This document shows positions 43,696 through 45,222 of a DNA stretch of 45,222 nt, piece by piece. The notes under the pieces were generated by a model. The model saw only the letters and a list, made by a program, of their open reading frames with translations, did not search any database and was not told where the DNA came from. The DNA comes from Candidatus Nomurabacteria bacterium (lineage in GTDB: Bacteria > Patescibacteriota > Minisyncoccia > Phycocordibacterales > UBA918), in assembly GCA_023898525.1 (NCBI GenBank), contig CP060227.1, forward strand, positions 776,440 through 821,661. The letters run 5' to 3'. A program made the position numbers and the translations under genes. Each line of letters starts with the position of its first letter. The first letter of the stretch is position 1.

Positions 43696-44285
43696 TTTTT
43701 AATTCACTTTTTTTCCAAATATTGTTAGCGGGGCTGGGTGTGGCAATTGGTTTTGTATATATTCAACCAGCCTTTGAGCGGATTGGAGAAGTTCAAGATG
43801 CTACTGCCAAGTACAAGTTTGAAAGAGAAAGAGTCTCTGAGGTTAATACAAAGTTAGCTAGTCTGGTAGGGCAGGTTAATGCCATCCCCAAGGCGGATCA
43901 AGCAGCCTTACTCGTTTATATGCCTGATAAGGTCGATAGTGTGGCTGTATCTCGTGATTTGTACAACCTATCCCTTATGTCTAGGGTAAATATGGTTGCG
44001 GTTAATTATAAAGATAATGAAAACACCACTACTATCACCGCTCCGGTTGATGGTAGTCATCGAACTATGCCAATACCGCATACTTTTGGAGTTAGTATAA
44101 CCGGTAGTTACGACGACATAAAAGAATACTTAATGCTACTGGAGCAGTCCAATTACCCGCTTGAGGTACATAAGTTGGATATTACAAGTGAGCCTGAGGC
44201 AGAGCCAGAAAAAGAAACAAAGATTGTGTCGACTAAGGATGAGTTGTCTGCCTATTTAGAAGTGGTAACTTATTCACGTATTTAA
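43692..44285 (+). CDS. PilO-like pilus assembly protein
   Basis: N-terminal TM and coiled coil (ERIGEVQDATAKYKFERERVSEVNTKLASL). The start overlaps the upstream stop (ATGA). Confidence 0.55.
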   Translation: MIFNSLFFQILLAGLGVAIGFVYIQPAFERIGEVQDATAKYKFERERVSEVNTKLASLVGQVNAIPKADQAALLVYMPDKVDSVAVSRDLYNLSLMSRVNMVAVNYKDNENTTTITAPVDGSHRTMPIPHTFGVSITGSYDDIKEYLMLLEQSNYPLEVHKLDITSEPEAEPEKETKIVSTKDELSAYLEVVTYSRI

Positions 44286-44295
44286 GATTAAATTT

Positions 44296-44619
44296 ATGAG
44301 TTCGGCATTAAAAAACATTCTAATACTACTTGTGATTCTGAGCTTTGCTTTTGTTGGCTATTATATGTTTGAGCAAAGTAACGATTTGGAATTAAATACC
44401 AATTCTAACAAGTTCGTAACAGCAGAAATGTTGGCTAATACCGAGCTTTTTATTGAGCGGAGTGCGATTCTAAGTCGGGTCATTATTGATACAACAATTT
44501 TTGATGATCCAAATTTTAATTCATATATAGATTTTTCACGCGATGTTGCTCCTCAGCTATCACGAAATAGCAACCCCTTTGCTAAAGCAGAGAAAACTGT
44601 AGGTTCAGGTGGTTTCTAA
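44296..44619 (+). CDS. small membrane-anchored protein in the pilus operon
   Basis: 107 aa with one N-terminal TM helix. Confidence 0.45.
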   Translation: MSSALKNILILLVILSFAFVGYYMFEQSNDLELNTNSNKFVTAEMLANTELFIERSAILSRVIIDTTIFDDPNFNSYIDFSRDVAPQLSRNSNPFAKAEKTVGSGGF

Positions 44620-44627
44620 AATAGTTT

Positions 44628-45222
44628 ATGAACCCTTTAGAAATTCTTCTAAGTCACGGTGAAGTTACCGAAACCGTTGTTCGTCAGGTTGAACAAACGG
44701 CCAAAGATTCAAATCGCTCTATTGAGGCTGTTCTCTTAGATCAGGGTGTAAGTAAAGACTCGGTTAGAAAAGCTTATTCCGAGTATTTTCAAGTACCTTT
44801 CTTTATCATTCCTGATAACTTTACTATTGCCGAAGAAATTCTTTCATATATTCCAGAAGAATCAGCTGTTCATTACAAACTGATCCCACTTATGTTGGAT
44901 AATGAGGTATTGGTAGTGGGAGTTAATGATCCAGATGATTTACAAATTAAAGAAGTACTAAACTTTGTTAGTACAAAATACAACATTGCCTACAAGTTGG
45001 TATTCATGTTGGAGGACGATATTCTTGAGGTGCAAAGATTTTACGACAACCTCAAGGGTGAGGTGACCGATGCGCTTGAGACTCTGGAAGGCGAGTTGAA
45101 TGCGGAAATTGCTGCAGAAGTGGAAGAGTCGTCTGGAGAGGATATAAAGGCGATGGAGCATATAGAGGAAGACGCGCCGGTGACCAAAATTGTGGCGACC
45201 ATTCTTCGGTATGCGGTGGATG
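44628..45222 (+). CDS. pilB: type IV pilus/T2SS assembly ATPase PilB/GspE, N-terminal part (3' end outside window)
   Basis: Open frame from the ATG at 44628 to the window end. T2SSE_N-like region (IPEESAVHYKLIPLMLDNEVLVVGVNDPDDL). The end, APVTKIVATILRYAVD, matches the conserved PilB segment. Confidence 0.8.
   Translation, partial: MNPLEILLSHGEVTETVVRQVEQTAKDSNRSIEAVLLDQGVSKDSVRKAYSEYFQVPFFIIPDNFTIAEEILSYIPEESAVHYKLIPLMLDNEVLVVGVNDPDDLQIKEVLNFVSTKYNIAYKLVFMLEDDILEVQRFYDNLKGEVTDALETLEGELNAEIAAEVEESSGEDIKAMEHIEEDAPVTKIVATILRYAVD

Overview
AT-rich (about 40% GC by eye), densely packed bacterial window. The gene content suggests a Patescibacteria/CPR-like organism. This is an inference from pilM/N/O-pilB plus comF, giant secreted beta-helix and tail-fibre-like surface proteins, G-W repeat proteins and few metabolic genes. 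Housekeeping genes I recognise: tmRNA (ssrA), smpB, ftsH, recG, a malic enzyme, tRNA-Ile(UAU) and tRNA-Ser(GCU). Other calls are a histidine kinase/receiver pair, DMT and MFS transporters, and a MacA/MacB-type HlyD + FtsX permease + ABC ATPase operon. Mobile DNA is an IS30-family element between ssrA and smpB, and an IS200-type tnpA element inserted in a 5'-truncated serine recombinase gene. That recombinase lies in a roughly 4 kb decayed island beside tRNA-Ser, which also carries a Schlafen/AlbA_2-like orphan protein and a frameshifted TrpF-like cassette. The most unusual structure is at the RNA genes, all three of which carry partial self-copies. tRNA-Ile is followed by two tandem copies of its 3' half. 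tRNA-Ser is preceded by two extra copies of its promoter and 5' end. ssrA is followed by direct and inverted copies of its own 3' end plus a run of perfect hairpins bounded by terminators. A 22-nt repeat core (AAAWTGGTGRCTGACCCCATTTW) marks three loci. One large pectate-lyase-like gene has a sharply GC-rich 5' third. I found no CRISPR array, reverse transcriptase or recognisable defence operon. All family assignments come from motifs read by eye and were not checked by any search.
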